Shown here: in pieces, positions 17,969 to 26,751 of the stretch | Layout of the letters: every line of letters begins with the position of its first letter | Numbering within the stretch: position 1 is the first letter of the stretch | Origin: a virus | Taxonomy: Duplodnaviria; Caudoviricetes | Reading direction: 5' to 3' (one strand) | DNA length: 40,541 nt | IMG/VR virus record: IMGVR_UViG_3300028588_000805 | Location: 1 to 40,541 of that record | Made by a program: the position numbers and the translations under genes | Notes under the pieces: generated by a model | Databases searched by the model: none | Seen by the model: the letters and a program-made list of their open reading frames with translations, nothing else | What the model was told of the DNA's origin: nothing

Positions 17969-20172
17969 TACCACTCGCCCTTGTACCACTCGGCCGAATA
18001 CCATTCGCGCATACCACCCGGCGGTACTGCGGGCGGCCCGAGGTGCCCAGCGTTGAGCCGGCAGAGCTTCACCTCGACCGGACGGCGGGCATCGTACTCA
18101 CTGACCTGCGACACAGCGAAGTAGTCCCCTAGCAGCCCGTCCCAGATGGGTACCGAAAAATCCAGTTCGGCAATATCTCTAGGGCTAAGGCGGTAGCGCT
18201 CGGTCAAGTAGCGGCTCTCATCGAGCATGGCGCGCAGGTCCTGCCAGTAGTAGGTTAACACGGTTTTATCAAGCACCAAGCTCAAGTCCGCGCTATCGAA
18301 GTAGCTGGCCGTAGTGGTGAAGCCCGCCAGCACGGCGGCCGTAGTGTCGGTGGCCGCCATCATGATGAGCTGGCCAGCGATGTCGGGCCCGGGCGGCCGC
18401 AGCGTGAGTCGCGGCTGCGCCTTTACGCTGCTATACTTGACGGGCGAAGCAGACGCGTCGTCGGTATCGAAGTTGAGGATGCGCAGCAGCGTCGGCACCT
18501 GCTTGCTGTTTTCGGTGGCCGCAAACGGCAGCGTGGCCATCTCGTACTCGGCGGGCAGCACCTCATCGGCTACGGCCAGGCTGCCATCGCCGTAGCCAGT
18601 CAGCACGTTCTCGTCCTCTTTCCACAGTAGCTTGTTGAGTTGGCCGTAGTTGCCGAACCGATAGGCCAGGCCGCGCTCGGGCGGGCGGCCGAGCACGGCG
18701 CAGCTGTCGCGTTTGGCAGTCCAATCCTTTGCGTGGCTCACATTGGCCAGTAGCTTCCAGCCGGGGGCGAAGCGCAAGTGCGGGGTGTACTGGTCCACTT
18801 GAATAGTGAGGCCCTGCGCCAGCATCATTGCCTTCACGAAGTCGAGCTGTTTCATGGCGGGGAGCCACTCATTGAGCTTCACCAACCCGCCAGGCGGGAA
18901 CTCATCGAGTAGGGTGACCACGAACTGCGCCTGGCTTATCAAGGCACGGGTGGGCGCTACCTGGCTCGTAGTGATGCCGGTGGAGGGGCCAATCTGCCAG
19001 ATAGGGTCGGTGGGGCCAATGCCCAAAGTTTTCCACTCATCACCCTGCCAATAGGCCTCTACTCGGTCGGTCGGCTTGAGCAGGTAGCGCTCCAGCTTGG
19101 GCGTGAAGCTGCGCGTTAAATAGCCGCCATCACTGGCATCGGCGCTAGTAATGCGATGGCTGTCAGCACCAATCTGCTGGCCCTGGCCGTCATAGACAGG
19201 CTGCCCATTGACATAGAGCAGCACTTTGCAACTCACCTCGCCCGGAAACTCACCACGACAGCCGTAGCGCACAGGCAGCGTAATGGCTAAGTCGTAATAA
19301 CCCAGCGTGTCAGCCGTGTAGGTGAAGCCTATGTACGTGGCGCCTGTGGTTGGCCCCACGTAGGGCTTTTGCCTGAAGTAGTCGAAGGGCAGCTTTTCGG
19401 CCGCAAACTCAGCTTGGTGCGCGATGCCCGGCAGTCGATTAGGCACACCGGGCTCATATGGCACTGTTATGCCCGCTTTGAGCGCCCGCGCATCGCGGTA
19501 GTCCTGCGGGTACACGTAAGGGTTGGCGCTGGGCACGTTGAGCTGGGCGAACAGCGGCTCGCCTAGCAGGCTGTCGGCCGTGAAGCCGGCATCGGCCACA
19601 ATCTGACGCAGCACCAGGTCGGCCGCGCAGGACGGGTAAAGCGTGTAAGGGTCGAGGTTGGCGAAGTCAACGGGCTTGCCCCGCTCATAGACCTCATACC
19701 CCCAGCCCTGCGCCTGCCAGTGGGCATAGGATAGCCCTGCCAGGATGTTGGCGGGTGTCCAATTATGGTCGAAGCGGCTCAGGTCAAGGTCGGCCAGCGT
19801 CTTATCGCCTAACGCCTCGACCAGCCGTTTGTTGCCGCCGATGAGTTGCAGCTTGTAGCGGCCCTGGGCGTAGCCCTTGATGAGCAGCGTGGCCAGCGGT
19901 AGCGTCTCTACCCCACCACTGGTAAGCACGGCGGGTACGCGCTTGTAGGCCGCGCCCACGGCGGGCTGGTTGGCGGCCGCGTGGCCCAGCAGCCGATGAT
20001 TCTTGGCCGTGGCGGGCACGCTGAACTCGGGTGAGTAGTCGGATTGGATGGTGTCGGGCTTGGTGCGGTCGTTGGCCTGAAACGAGGGCAGCAGTTGCGT
20101 CTCGTCATCGAGGTCGAGCGGCACGCGGTGGCCGGCTACGTCAAGCAGGATGGCGTTGGCGGTGGTGCTCAT
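17965..20172 (-). CDS. Tail hub/baseplate-type structural protein
   Basis: YSPEFSVPATAKN and LPAMKQLDFVK motifs typical of Bacteroidota phage tail proteins; start MSTTAN. Confidence 0.7.
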   Translation of the reverse strand: MSTTANAILLDVAGHRVPLDLDDETQLLPSFQANDRTKPDTIQSDYSPEFSVPATAKNHRLLGHAAANQPAVGAAYKRVPAVLTSGGVETLPLATLLIKGYAQGRYKLQLIGGNKRLVEALGDKTLADLDLSRFDHNWTPANILAGLSYAHWQAQGWGYEVYERGKPVDFANLDPYTLYPSCAADLVLRQIVADAGFTADSLLGEPLFAQLNVPSANPYVYPQDYRDARALKAGITVPYEPGVPNRLPGIAHQAEFAAEKLPFDYFRQKPYVGPTTGATYIGFTYTADTLGYYDLAITLPVRYGCRGEFPGEVSCKVLLYVNGQPVYDGQGQQIGADSHRITSADASDGGYLTRSFTPKLERYLLKPTDRVEAYWQGDEWKTLGIGPTDPIWQIGPSTGITTSQVAPTRALISQAQFVVTLLDEFPPGGLVKLNEWLPAMKQLDFVKAMMLAQGLTIQVDQYTPHLRFAPGWKLLANVSHAKDWTAKRDSCAVLGRPPERGLAYRFGNYGQLNKLLWKEDENVLTGYGDGSLAVADEVLPAEYEMATLPFAATENSKQVPTLLRILNFDTDDASASPVKYSSVKAQPRLTLRPPGPDIAGQLIMMAATDTTAAVLAGFTTTASYFDSADLSLVLDKTVLTYYWQDLRAMLDESRYLTERYRLSPRDIAELDFSVPIWDGLLGDYFAVSQVSEYDARRPVEVKLCRLNAGHLGPPAVPPGGMREWYSAEWYKGEWY

Positions 20173-21703
20173 TGCCCCTGCGCCCACTCGGGCATTGCTC
20201 TTGAAACGAAAGCTGTACCTCATTCTTAGCCACGCCCAGGCGGCCCACCTCCCGGTTGCCGCGCTCGACCACGATGGCCACCCAGTCACCACCGGGCACG
20301 AGCTGCGCCCAGGCCTGCGGCGAGCGCCAGAGCGTGCGCAGGCCGGTCAGCAGGGCATCGCCCTTGAACACGCCGCTGCTGGCCTTGTAGGTCTGGTAGG
20401 CCTGGCCAGGGTCGCTGTAGCGCAACTCACTGGTAAGTGCCTCGCGGTACTGCTGGCCGTCGCTCACGGTGTCGCCCAACTGCGGGCGGTTTTGGAATAC
20501 CCAGAAGTCGAAGCCGCCCTGCGGGTTGAGCCACGCCACGGGCAGCGGGTTGAGCGGGCAGGGCAGCGAAACAGCCGATGGGTACACCTCATCTATGCCG
20601 CCGAACTTCATGGTCCGAGTAACCAACTTGGCCCGCTTCCAGCTGTAGCCGGGCCAGGTCGGCACAGCCGCAAAGGCAGTTAACAGCGCACCATCAAACA
20701 GGAAGGCATCGGGTACGGCAGCGTTTACCGCGTAGCCGTGCTCGAAGAGTTGGCCCGACATCGCCCGTCGCAGCTCGTAGCCGACGTAGCTGTCATCTAC
20801 GGTTTGGCTGTTGAGGTCGAGCCGGTAACCGCCATAGCCATCGGGTGCGCCCAGCGCCGGGTGCAGGTACGGCCCGAGCACGAACGTGGCGTAGCCATCG
20901 GGCCCCACGGTGGCCCGCAGCCGCAACGGCGCGCTCAGGGGCCGCTGCGCCGCGAGTGGGTGGCCAGGCCGAAAGCCGATGCGCAACTCAGCTACGATAA
21001 ACGCCTCGGTCTGGCCCGCCTGAGCTGCTACGCGCACGGCCATAGGCTGCCACGCGGAGCGCCATAGTGGCGTATAGCTACAGGTGGCAAAGCCGCCGCT
21101 GGTGGCCGCCGGGTCGTAGTTATCGGCGTACTCATCCTGGCAGCCCACCTTGGGCGGCAGGTAGGGCAGCACCTCCACTTGCCCGCTCACTACCTGCTGC
21201 GGGGCACTGCTGTCGGTTACGCGCAGGGTGTAGCGCGCCGGCGGCAGTGCTGGGAAGGCGCTGGGCTGGCCAGAAGTCGCCGGCTGACTCAGCAGTAGCT
21301 CCACGAGTTCGGCCGTGAGTGGGGGCGTGCCGCCGCTGGCTTGAATACTGGCGGTGCCATCGTTGAGCACCGCCGTCTCATCGGTGTGGCGCAGGCTGTC
21401 CAGCGCCAGGCGGCCGGGTTGTCCACCACCGCTACAATTGCTCTCAAAATCGCGCGAGCTACCACTACCACTGTTGTCGGGGTTGAGGTAGCTGACGAGC
21501 AGCATATAGTTATCGGGCGGCAGCGGAGCCAGGCGCAGGGGCAGGTCAGCCGTGACCACGCCGCCGCTGTAGCTGGTGCCGCTCTGGCCCGTGAGCTCGT
21601 AGCTATACGCCGCCCCGTCGCCGCCGCCCCGTAGCGTCAGGATGTCAACGAAGCCGGCGCCGTACTCGCAGCCGGTGGCCATGGTGAAGGTGAAGGCGGG
21701 CAT
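20141..21703 (-). CDS. Distal tail-like protein with a SprB-like repeat
   Basis: DGTASIQASGGTPP...YTLRVTDS repeat, GCQDEYADNYDPAA motif, WLNPQGGFDFWVF. Confidence 0.7.
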   Translation of the reverse strand: MPAFTFTMATGCEYGAGFVDILTLRGGGDGAAYSYELTGQSGTSYSGGVVTADLPLRLAPLPPDNYMLLVSYLNPDNSGSGSSRDFESNCSGGGQPGRLALDSLRHTDETAVLNDGTASIQASGGTPPLTAELVELLLSQPATSGQPSAFPALPPARYTLRVTDSSAPQQVVSGQVEVLPYLPPKVGCQDEYADNYDPAATSGGFATCSYTPLWRSAWQPMAVRVAAQAGQTEAFIVAELRIGFRPGHPLAAQRPLSAPLRLRATVGPDGYATFVLGPYLHPALGAPDGYGGYRLDLNSQTVDDSYVGYELRRAMSGQLFEHGYAVNAAVPDAFLFDGALLTAFAAVPTWPGYSWKRAKLVTRTMKFGGIDEVYPSAVSLPCPLNPLPVAWLNPQGGFDFWVFQNRPQLGDTVSDGQQYREALTSELRYSDPGQAYQTYKASSGVFKGDALLTGLRTLWRSPQAWAQLVPGGDWVAIVVERGNREVGRLGVAKNEVQLSFQEQCPSGRRGNEHHRQRHPA

Positions 21704-21706
21704 AGG

Positions 21707-22213
21707 TTACGTACCTTGGATAGCGTTGGTGAGGGCGGTGCTGATGGCTACCATGTTGCCGGCAGCGATGCGGGCCTTGAGGGTATCGAGGAATTGCTGC
21801 GTAAGCACCGATTGAAAAATGCCGCTGGGCTGGCCCAGCCGGTGTAGGGCAGTGCCGTGGGCATGGATGCGGCGAGCCAGCGCCCGCCCAACCTCTTGGT
21901 AGGTTTGGCCAGGCCGCAGGGCCAGGCCCTTGGCTTCAGCCCACTGCGCCAGCGCTTCGTACAGCCGCGGCTCGCTGGCGGCCGCGCCTGAACTGGTTGG
22001 GCCGCGGCCGGTGATGAGCGTCTGGGCGTGCTGCGGGCCGAGTAGCTCCAGGTAGTCATCGCCGGCGCTGAAGCTCAACGCGGCAGCCGTGCGCCCCGTG
22101 GCATAGGCTGGCCGGCCGCTGGGCTGCTGCGGGTAGGTACGCAGCGCCTGCACGGCACTGGCCAGTAGCTCGGGGCCGGCCTGCCGGAAGGCCAGGGAGG
22201 CGGAGGCTAGCAT
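21707..22213 (-). CDS. Neck/tail-completion-like protein
   Basis: ATGRTAA, TGRGP and LARRIHAHGT motifs. Confidence 0.55.
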   Translation of the reverse strand: MLASASLAFRQAGPELLASAVQALRTYPQQPSGRPAYATGRTAAALSFSAGDDYLELLGPQHAQTLITGRGPTSSGAAASEPRLYEALAQWAEAKGLALRPGQTYQEVGRALARRIHAHGTALHRLGQPSGIFQSVLTQQFLDTLKARIAAGNMVAISTALTNAIQGT

Positions 22214-22650
22214 ACCCGTGGCAGGTCGATGGTGAAGTCGATAAAAAGCCCGGTGCCAATCTTGGTGCCGTTGCGGATGGTGGGCGTGCGGCTCATCGGG
22301 CCACCCGACAACTGGAAGCCATCGGCATCTTGCAGCAGCAGCTCAAACCGCTGGGTCAGCTCATCCATGTCAGATTGAATCTGCACCGTGTTGTCGGGGG
22401 TGCCATCGGCGCCCGCATTGCCCTCGTAGTTGGCGTTTTCGTGCTCATCCTTGCCGTAGAAGCCCATGCCGATGCTGTAGCGCACCACGCCCGCCAGTAG
22501 CTGGCTGGGCTGCGTGTTGAAAAACTCGCACATCGGGAAGGCCTCGTTGTAATTGATGCCGTTGGCGGTTTTGGCCCCAGCCCAAAAGGATTTGGCCCCG
22601 GCTTGGCGGGCCAGGGCTTCGAGGGCTTTGACGAGTTCGAGATAGGTCAT
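22207..22650 (-). CDS. Tail terminator-like protein
   Basis: 147 aa, position and alpha/beta pattern. Confidence 0.45.
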   Translation of the reverse strand: MTYLELVKALEALARQAGAKSFWAGAKTANGINYNEAFPMCEFFNTQPSQLLAGVVRYSIGMGFYGKDEHENANYEGNAGADGTPDNTVQIQSDMDELTQRFELLLQDADGFQLSGGPMSRTPTIRNGTKIGTGLFIDFTIDLPRVC

Positions 22651-22931
22651 GAGTCCTTTTTCTGAGTGATAGCCTTGCTGTAGCGCCGCTGGTAGGCTGA
22701 GCGGGCCGCTTCCATGCGCAACTTGGTGAGCGTTGTTTCAGCATCCATGTCTAGGATGGGCATGTAGTTCAAGATGTTGCCCTGCGCCAGCGCATCGAGG
22801 CCAAAAAGCGGCCCAAAGCGGTCTTCCATGTATTCATAGCCTGCATCCACTTCGGCGTCTTCGGGCTCAGTGGCGTCTTCGGGGTCGGCGGCATGGCGGT
22901 CAAAGAGCGCCTGTAGCTGGTCAAAAAAAAA
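22647..22931 (-). CDS. -1 frameshift extension (gpGT-like) of the chaperone
   Basis: Open -1 frame after the T9 run: FDQLQALF...LDALAQGNIL...QKKDS, whose stop overlaps the next ATG. Confidence 0.7.
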   Translation of the reverse strand, partial: FFFDQLQALFDRHAADPEDATEPEDAEVDAGYEYMEDRFGPLFGLDALAQGNILNYMPILDMDAETTLTKLRMEAARSAYQRRYSKAITQKKDS

Positions 22932-23401
22932 GCCATGTCCGCGTAAACCTCTGTCGAGGGCGCAGCCAGCAGGGCCGCCTCGCAGGCTGCTACTTTGCCC
23001 TCGTAGGCCTTGCCCCACATCAGAAAGCAGCGGCAGAGCGCCAGCAGGTACGGCCCGTAGCTCAGCCACGGCCGACCCTCGCACTCTTCCATGCGCAGTT
23101 GCACGGCGCGAATCAGACCGTAGGGTAGCATACCGATATCGGGTAGTCCTGGCGTAGGCAGCAGTTCCAGCACGGGGCTAGTGTCCTTGGTAAATTCGAT
23201 GAGATTCGCTATGAGCGGCACATCCATATAGGCCAACTGGTTGAGGCTGCCGGCTTCGAGGCCTAGCAGCAGTTCGGCTGCGGTGCGCTGGTCGCCTTCG
23301 GTGGGGGCCAGCAGCGCTACGAAAGTGGCCAGGGTCACATCGGCCCAGCTAGTGGGGACGGTGAGCACTTGGCCATCGCTTAAGGGGAGTTGGTAAGGCA
23401 T
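22769..23401 (-). CDS. Tail assembly chaperone-like protein (gpG-like)
   Basis: VPTSWADVTL start; slippery GCT TTT TTT TTG at 22923-22931. Confidence 0.65.
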   Translation of the reverse strand: MPYQLPLSDGQVLTVPTSWADVTLATFVALLAPTEGDQRTAAELLLGLEAGSLNQLAYMDVPLIANLIEFTKDTSPVLELLPTPGLPDIGMLPYGLIRAVQLRMEECEGRPWLSYGPYLLALCRCFLMWGKAYEGKVAACEAALLAAPSTEVYADMAFFLTSYRRSLTAMPPTPKTPLSPKTPKWMQAMNTWKTALGRFLASMRWRRATS

Positions 23402-24804
23402 TAGCTGATAAGAGAAGATTTGGCACTGCGGCGCTTGTAGTTGGGGGCGGCGAGCTCCAGCATTTCGCGCATGATGAAGTTGTCGCCATCATCGGGCGAG
23501 CGGCCTAGCGCGGCTTTCATGGTGGACTTAGGCACCAGTCGCAGTTTGCCGTCGCTGTCGGGCTTGAGGCGCTTCCACTGGGCAAGCTCTTCGGCGATGC
23601 GGTCCCACTCAATCCCAGCGGCTTCAGGGTACACGAACACTTCGCCCCGCACCATGCGAGCAGACATGCGGAAAGCGCACTGGCTTTTCAGGTTGTCGTA
23701 ATTCTCCTTGGGCGGCTCCAGCTTACCCGTTTTAGGGTTGCGGATTTTTTCGGCAGCGGGGTCGGCTAGCGGCACGCTGTTGGCCACGAAGGGCAAGCAG
23801 CCAGCAATGAGGTCTACCACGCCGCCACCTACGCCGTCGTCATCGACTACCACCTGGCCAGCGAGAATGCGATGCTGGCGCATCTTGAGCTTCACCGCAT
23901 CAGCTACATCAGGCACCGCATAGTTCTTGAGCACCGTGCGCTCGACCATCCGAAACCCTTGCCAGCGGTAGATGACGGTGGTGTCGCTGCCGAAGCGGGC
24001 CACGTCTACGGTGAGACAGTGCCGGCCCACGGCGACCGTGTCGTTGAGCAGCAGCTGGGCAATGGCATCGTAGCCGACCAGCACAGTGGGGTCATCGTCG
24101 TATTCGAAGTTGCCATCGAGTAGGCGGGCCACCGTCACGGCATCGGAGCGCCGCAGGTTGGTCAGGTAGTCCTCGCTGACAAAAGGGTTATCGGTGGCTA
24201 GCGATACGACGAAGGCTTTGTGCGGTTCTAGGCGGCCCTCGACACTGGGCTTATAGAAGTCGGTGTAAATCCAGTTCTTGCTCGGGTTGCAGGTGTAGAG
24301 CACCTTGGGGATGGTGCGCCAGGGTGTCCCATCGGGCTGCACCCCGTTGAGTAGCGAGAAACGGCCACGCAGCACACTGATGGCCTTGGGGTGTATCTGC
24401 TGTGCCTCATCGACAAAAGCGCCAGTGAGGTCATAAGAACCCAGCCGGTCGAACTCAGGGTCTGAGGGTATCCACTTGATTTCCCGAAAGAAAATGACGC
24501 TGCCGTTGTGGAAGGTAGCTGTGAGGCTGGTAGCGTTGAAGGTGTACTCGGCCTTTACTTTTAGCTCTTTACTGACCTTGTGAAAGGTGAGTAGCGTGGT
24601 GTCGCGCAGCTTCGTGAGTTCTTCGCGGGCCGTCAGGAAAGCGCAGCCTGCCATCTCCATGCAGCACATAATCACCCAGGCGTTACCAATCCAGGACTTG
24701 CCGCCGCGCGCTCCGCCACCATACATCACTTCGTTAGTGATGAGGTCGCGCAGCAGCCGCAGGGCCTTGCGCTGCTTCTTGAACGTCCTAAGCTTCGCTA
24801 TCAT
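23401..24804 (-). CDS. terL: Terminase large subunit
   Basis: Walker A YGGGARGGKS, Walker B FVDEA, TCNP motif, nuclease VDVARFGSD and SPDDGD. Confidence 0.95.
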   Translation of the reverse strand: MIAKLRTFKKQRKALRLLRDLITNEVMYGGGARGGKSWIGNAWVIMCCMEMAGCAFLTAREELTKLRDTTLLTFHKVSKELKVKAEYTFNATSLTATFHNGSVIFFREIKWIPSDPEFDRLGSYDLTGAFVDEAQQIHPKAISVLRGRFSLLNGVQPDGTPWRTIPKVLYTCNPSKNWIYTDFYKPSVEGRLEPHKAFVVSLATDNPFVSEDYLTNLRRSDAVTVARLLDGNFEYDDDPTVLVGYDAIAQLLLNDTVAVGRHCLTVDVARFGSDTTVIYRWQGFRMVERTVLKNYAVPDVADAVKLKMRQHRILAGQVVVDDDGVGGGVVDLIAGCLPFVANSVPLADPAAEKIRNPKTGKLEPPKENYDNLKSQCAFRMSARMVRGEVFVYPEAAGIEWDRIAEELAQWKRLKPDSDGKLRLVPKSTMKAALGRSPDDGDNFIMREMLELAAPNYKRRSAKSSLIS

Positions 24805-25234
24805 CGGCCTCGTCGTAATCCACAATGGCAAACCCGGTGACCCGCTGGCCGCCGCTGGTCACATCAAGCTGCCGGCTGTCGCCGTACTTTTTGGGAGCCA
24901 GCTTACTCATTACCCATTTGCGCGCATCAATCCGCACCTTTGAGCGAGTAATCCATTCATGGTTAGGCAGCGGGCCGTACTCGCCCGCAATGGTGTCGGC
25001 TACCGTCAGGTCGGAGATTTCAAGAATCTCATCAAGCAGGGCGTCGGCCTGCCTCGCACGCGCTCGCGCGTACTGGTCCGGAAACCCGTGCTCGTTAGCG
25101 TCAAGCCAGTCGTAAACTGTTGAGCGCCCTGGCATATTCTTCTCTTCACAAATGCTACGCAGCGAGCGCCCTTCGGCCAATTGCTGGCAGATGTACTTAG
25201 CTATTTTGGGGCTGTAATTTGTTGGGCGGGCCAT
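24788..25234 (-). CDS. terS: Terminase small subunit
   Basis: MARPTNY...GRSLRSIC...QYARAR...RIDARKW..SKLAPKKYG. Confidence 0.92.
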   Translation of the reverse strand: MARPTNYSPKIAKYICQQLAEGRSLRSICEEKNMPGRSTVYDWLDANEHGFPDQYARARARQADALLDEILEISDLTVADTIAGEYGPLPNHEWITRSKVRIDARKWVMSKLAPKKYGDSRQLDVTSGGQRVTGFAIVDYDEADDSEA

Positions 25235-25249
25235 GCTTCAAAGTTCCGC

Positions 25250-25633
25250 TTAGGCAGCAGCGGGGCGGGTAGCAGGCAAAATGTTTTGTTGCACAGAATT
25301 GGGCAACGCCACTAGCTCGAACCCGGCATCTATGCCGAGGCGGCGCAATTCCAGGTAGAGCGGCCCGGCGAAATCGGGTGGCAAGGCCGCAAACAGGGCC
25401 GCAGCCAGCGCCGCAGCCCGTAGGCGGACGTTGCCCCGGTCGGCCCGGCCCGAGAGCGCCAGCGCGCCCGCAGCGCTTTGGCGGGGCAGCAGCTGCCAGC
25501 GCGTGCCGGGCGTAGTAGGTGGCAGCAGCAGCACGGCGACAGCAGGACCGAGCAGGCGCGTGGCTTCGCCGTTGAAATTGGTTTGGCCGTCGCGGTAGAG
25601 GGTGAGGGTGGCAGCGGGCAGGTAGGCGGGCAT
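25250..25633 (-). CDS. Hypothetical protein
   Basis: ORF from MPAYLP packed within the operon. Confidence 0.5.
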   Translation of the reverse strand: MPAYLPAATLTLYRDGQTNFNGEATRLLGPAVAVLLLPPTTPGTRWQLLPRQSAAGALALSGRADRGNVRLRAAALAAALFAALPPDFAGPLYLELRRLGIDAGFELVALPNSVQQNILPATRPAAA

Positions 25634-25655
25634 AGTGGGCAGGGCAGAAAAGAGG

Positions 25656-25907
25656 TTATTCCAAAACGGGTAGCGGCTGCGCCCCCGGCCACATCTGGCC
25701 GACGAGGTAGCGCAGCGAAGCATCGGAGAGGTAGCGGCCATTGTGGTGCCAGCAGAGCCAGCCGGGCCACAGGTCGGCGTGGCAGAAGTAGTCGAGCTGG
25801 TGCTGGTCGAGGCGGCAGCGCTGCCAGGTCTGGCGGTCGGGGCCCTCGGCCAGGGTGCAGGTGGTTTCGTCGATTAGGGGCGGGGCGATGAGGCGCAGGT
25901 CGGGCAT
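25656..25907 (-). CDS. Hypothetical protein
   Basis: ORF from MPDLRL overlapping the end of the upstream gene. Confidence 0.5.
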   Translation of the reverse strand: MPDLRLIAPPLIDETTCTLAEGPDRQTWQRCRLDQHQLDYFCHADLWPGWLCWHHNGRYLSDASLRYLVGQMWPGAQPLPVLE

Positions 25908-26191
25908 GGGGGGCGGCTGGTAATGATGGCAATAGCCTGGTCGGGCGTGTACACGATGTGGTAGGTAGAGCCGCGCCAGGTGCGCTTGAACTCGGCTTCG
26001 CCCTCGGTGAGTTGGTCCTTCTCGGTAGCTTTTATCTCCATCAGGAAAGTGAGGCCGCGGTAGCCGACCAGGATATCGAAGCAATTTTTCAGAACGTGCA
26101 CGTGCAGCACTGAAGCACCAATAGCCCGCAGCGCTTTCACGACTGCGGGCTGGTTGGCATCGACGCGGGAGGCGGTGCGCAGGTGAGACAT
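25874..26191 (-). CDS. VRR-NUC / PD-(D/E)xK nuclease (resolvase-like)
   Basis: RVDANQ...FDILVGYRG...MEIK...LTEGE..F...W. Confidence 0.8.
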   Translation of the reverse strand: MSHLRTASRVDANQPAVVKALRAIGASVLHVHVLKNCFDILVGYRGLTFLMEIKATEKDQLTEGEAEFKRTWRGSTYHIVYTPDQAIAIITSRPPCPTCASSPRP

Positions 26192-26199
26192 TAGCCGTG

Positions 26200-26751
26200 T
26201 TAGTAAGTCGAGGCCAGCGTTAGCTCCTGCGTAGTCTGTGGGGCTGAGGCAATCCAGCCGCTTCCTTCGGGTGGATTGTACACCTCGCGGCTGCGCTGGT
26301 CGATGGCCTGCTGTAGCTGAGTAGTCAGTGCCTGGGCCTCGTGGCGGGGTAGGCGCGGCAGCAAGCCATTCAGGGCGCGTAGCAGCTGGTGGGCACCAAG
26401 CATCGGGTGGCTGAGCGTAGCACTGAGTATTCGCTGGGCATGGTCGGTGGCCAGCAGTGAAGGGTCGGGGCGCTCGCCACTGCCAAGGTCTTCTAGGGCG
26501 GTGCGCAGGTGGCGCAGCAGTTCGGGGGCGGTGTCGGCGCTCACGCCCAGCACGTAGCGGTCGCCCTGCTCAAGGTCGCCACAGCGGAAGACAGAGGCGC
26601 ACAGCCATTTGGTCGCCAGGCCGTGGTACTGTGGGCGGGGCAGGTAGTCTGCATAGGCCCAGTAGATGATGCAGTAGCATTCCTGGCTGTAAGCGTAGGC
26701 GGCCCGGCTGCACTCGTTGGCGGTTTCGGGGGAGAGGTTTGGGTAAGTCAT
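26200..26751 (-). CDS. Hypothetical protein
   Basis: Coupled ORF in the early operon. Confidence 0.55.
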   Translation of the reverse strand: MTYPNLSPETANECSRAAYAYSQECYCIIYWAYADYLPRPQYHGLATKWLCASVFRCGDLEQGDRYVLGVSADTAPELLRHLRTALEDLGSGERPDPSLLATDHAQRILSATLSHPMLGAHQLLRALNGLLPRLPRHEAQALTTQLQQAIDQRSREVYNPPEGSGWIASAPQTTQELTLASTY

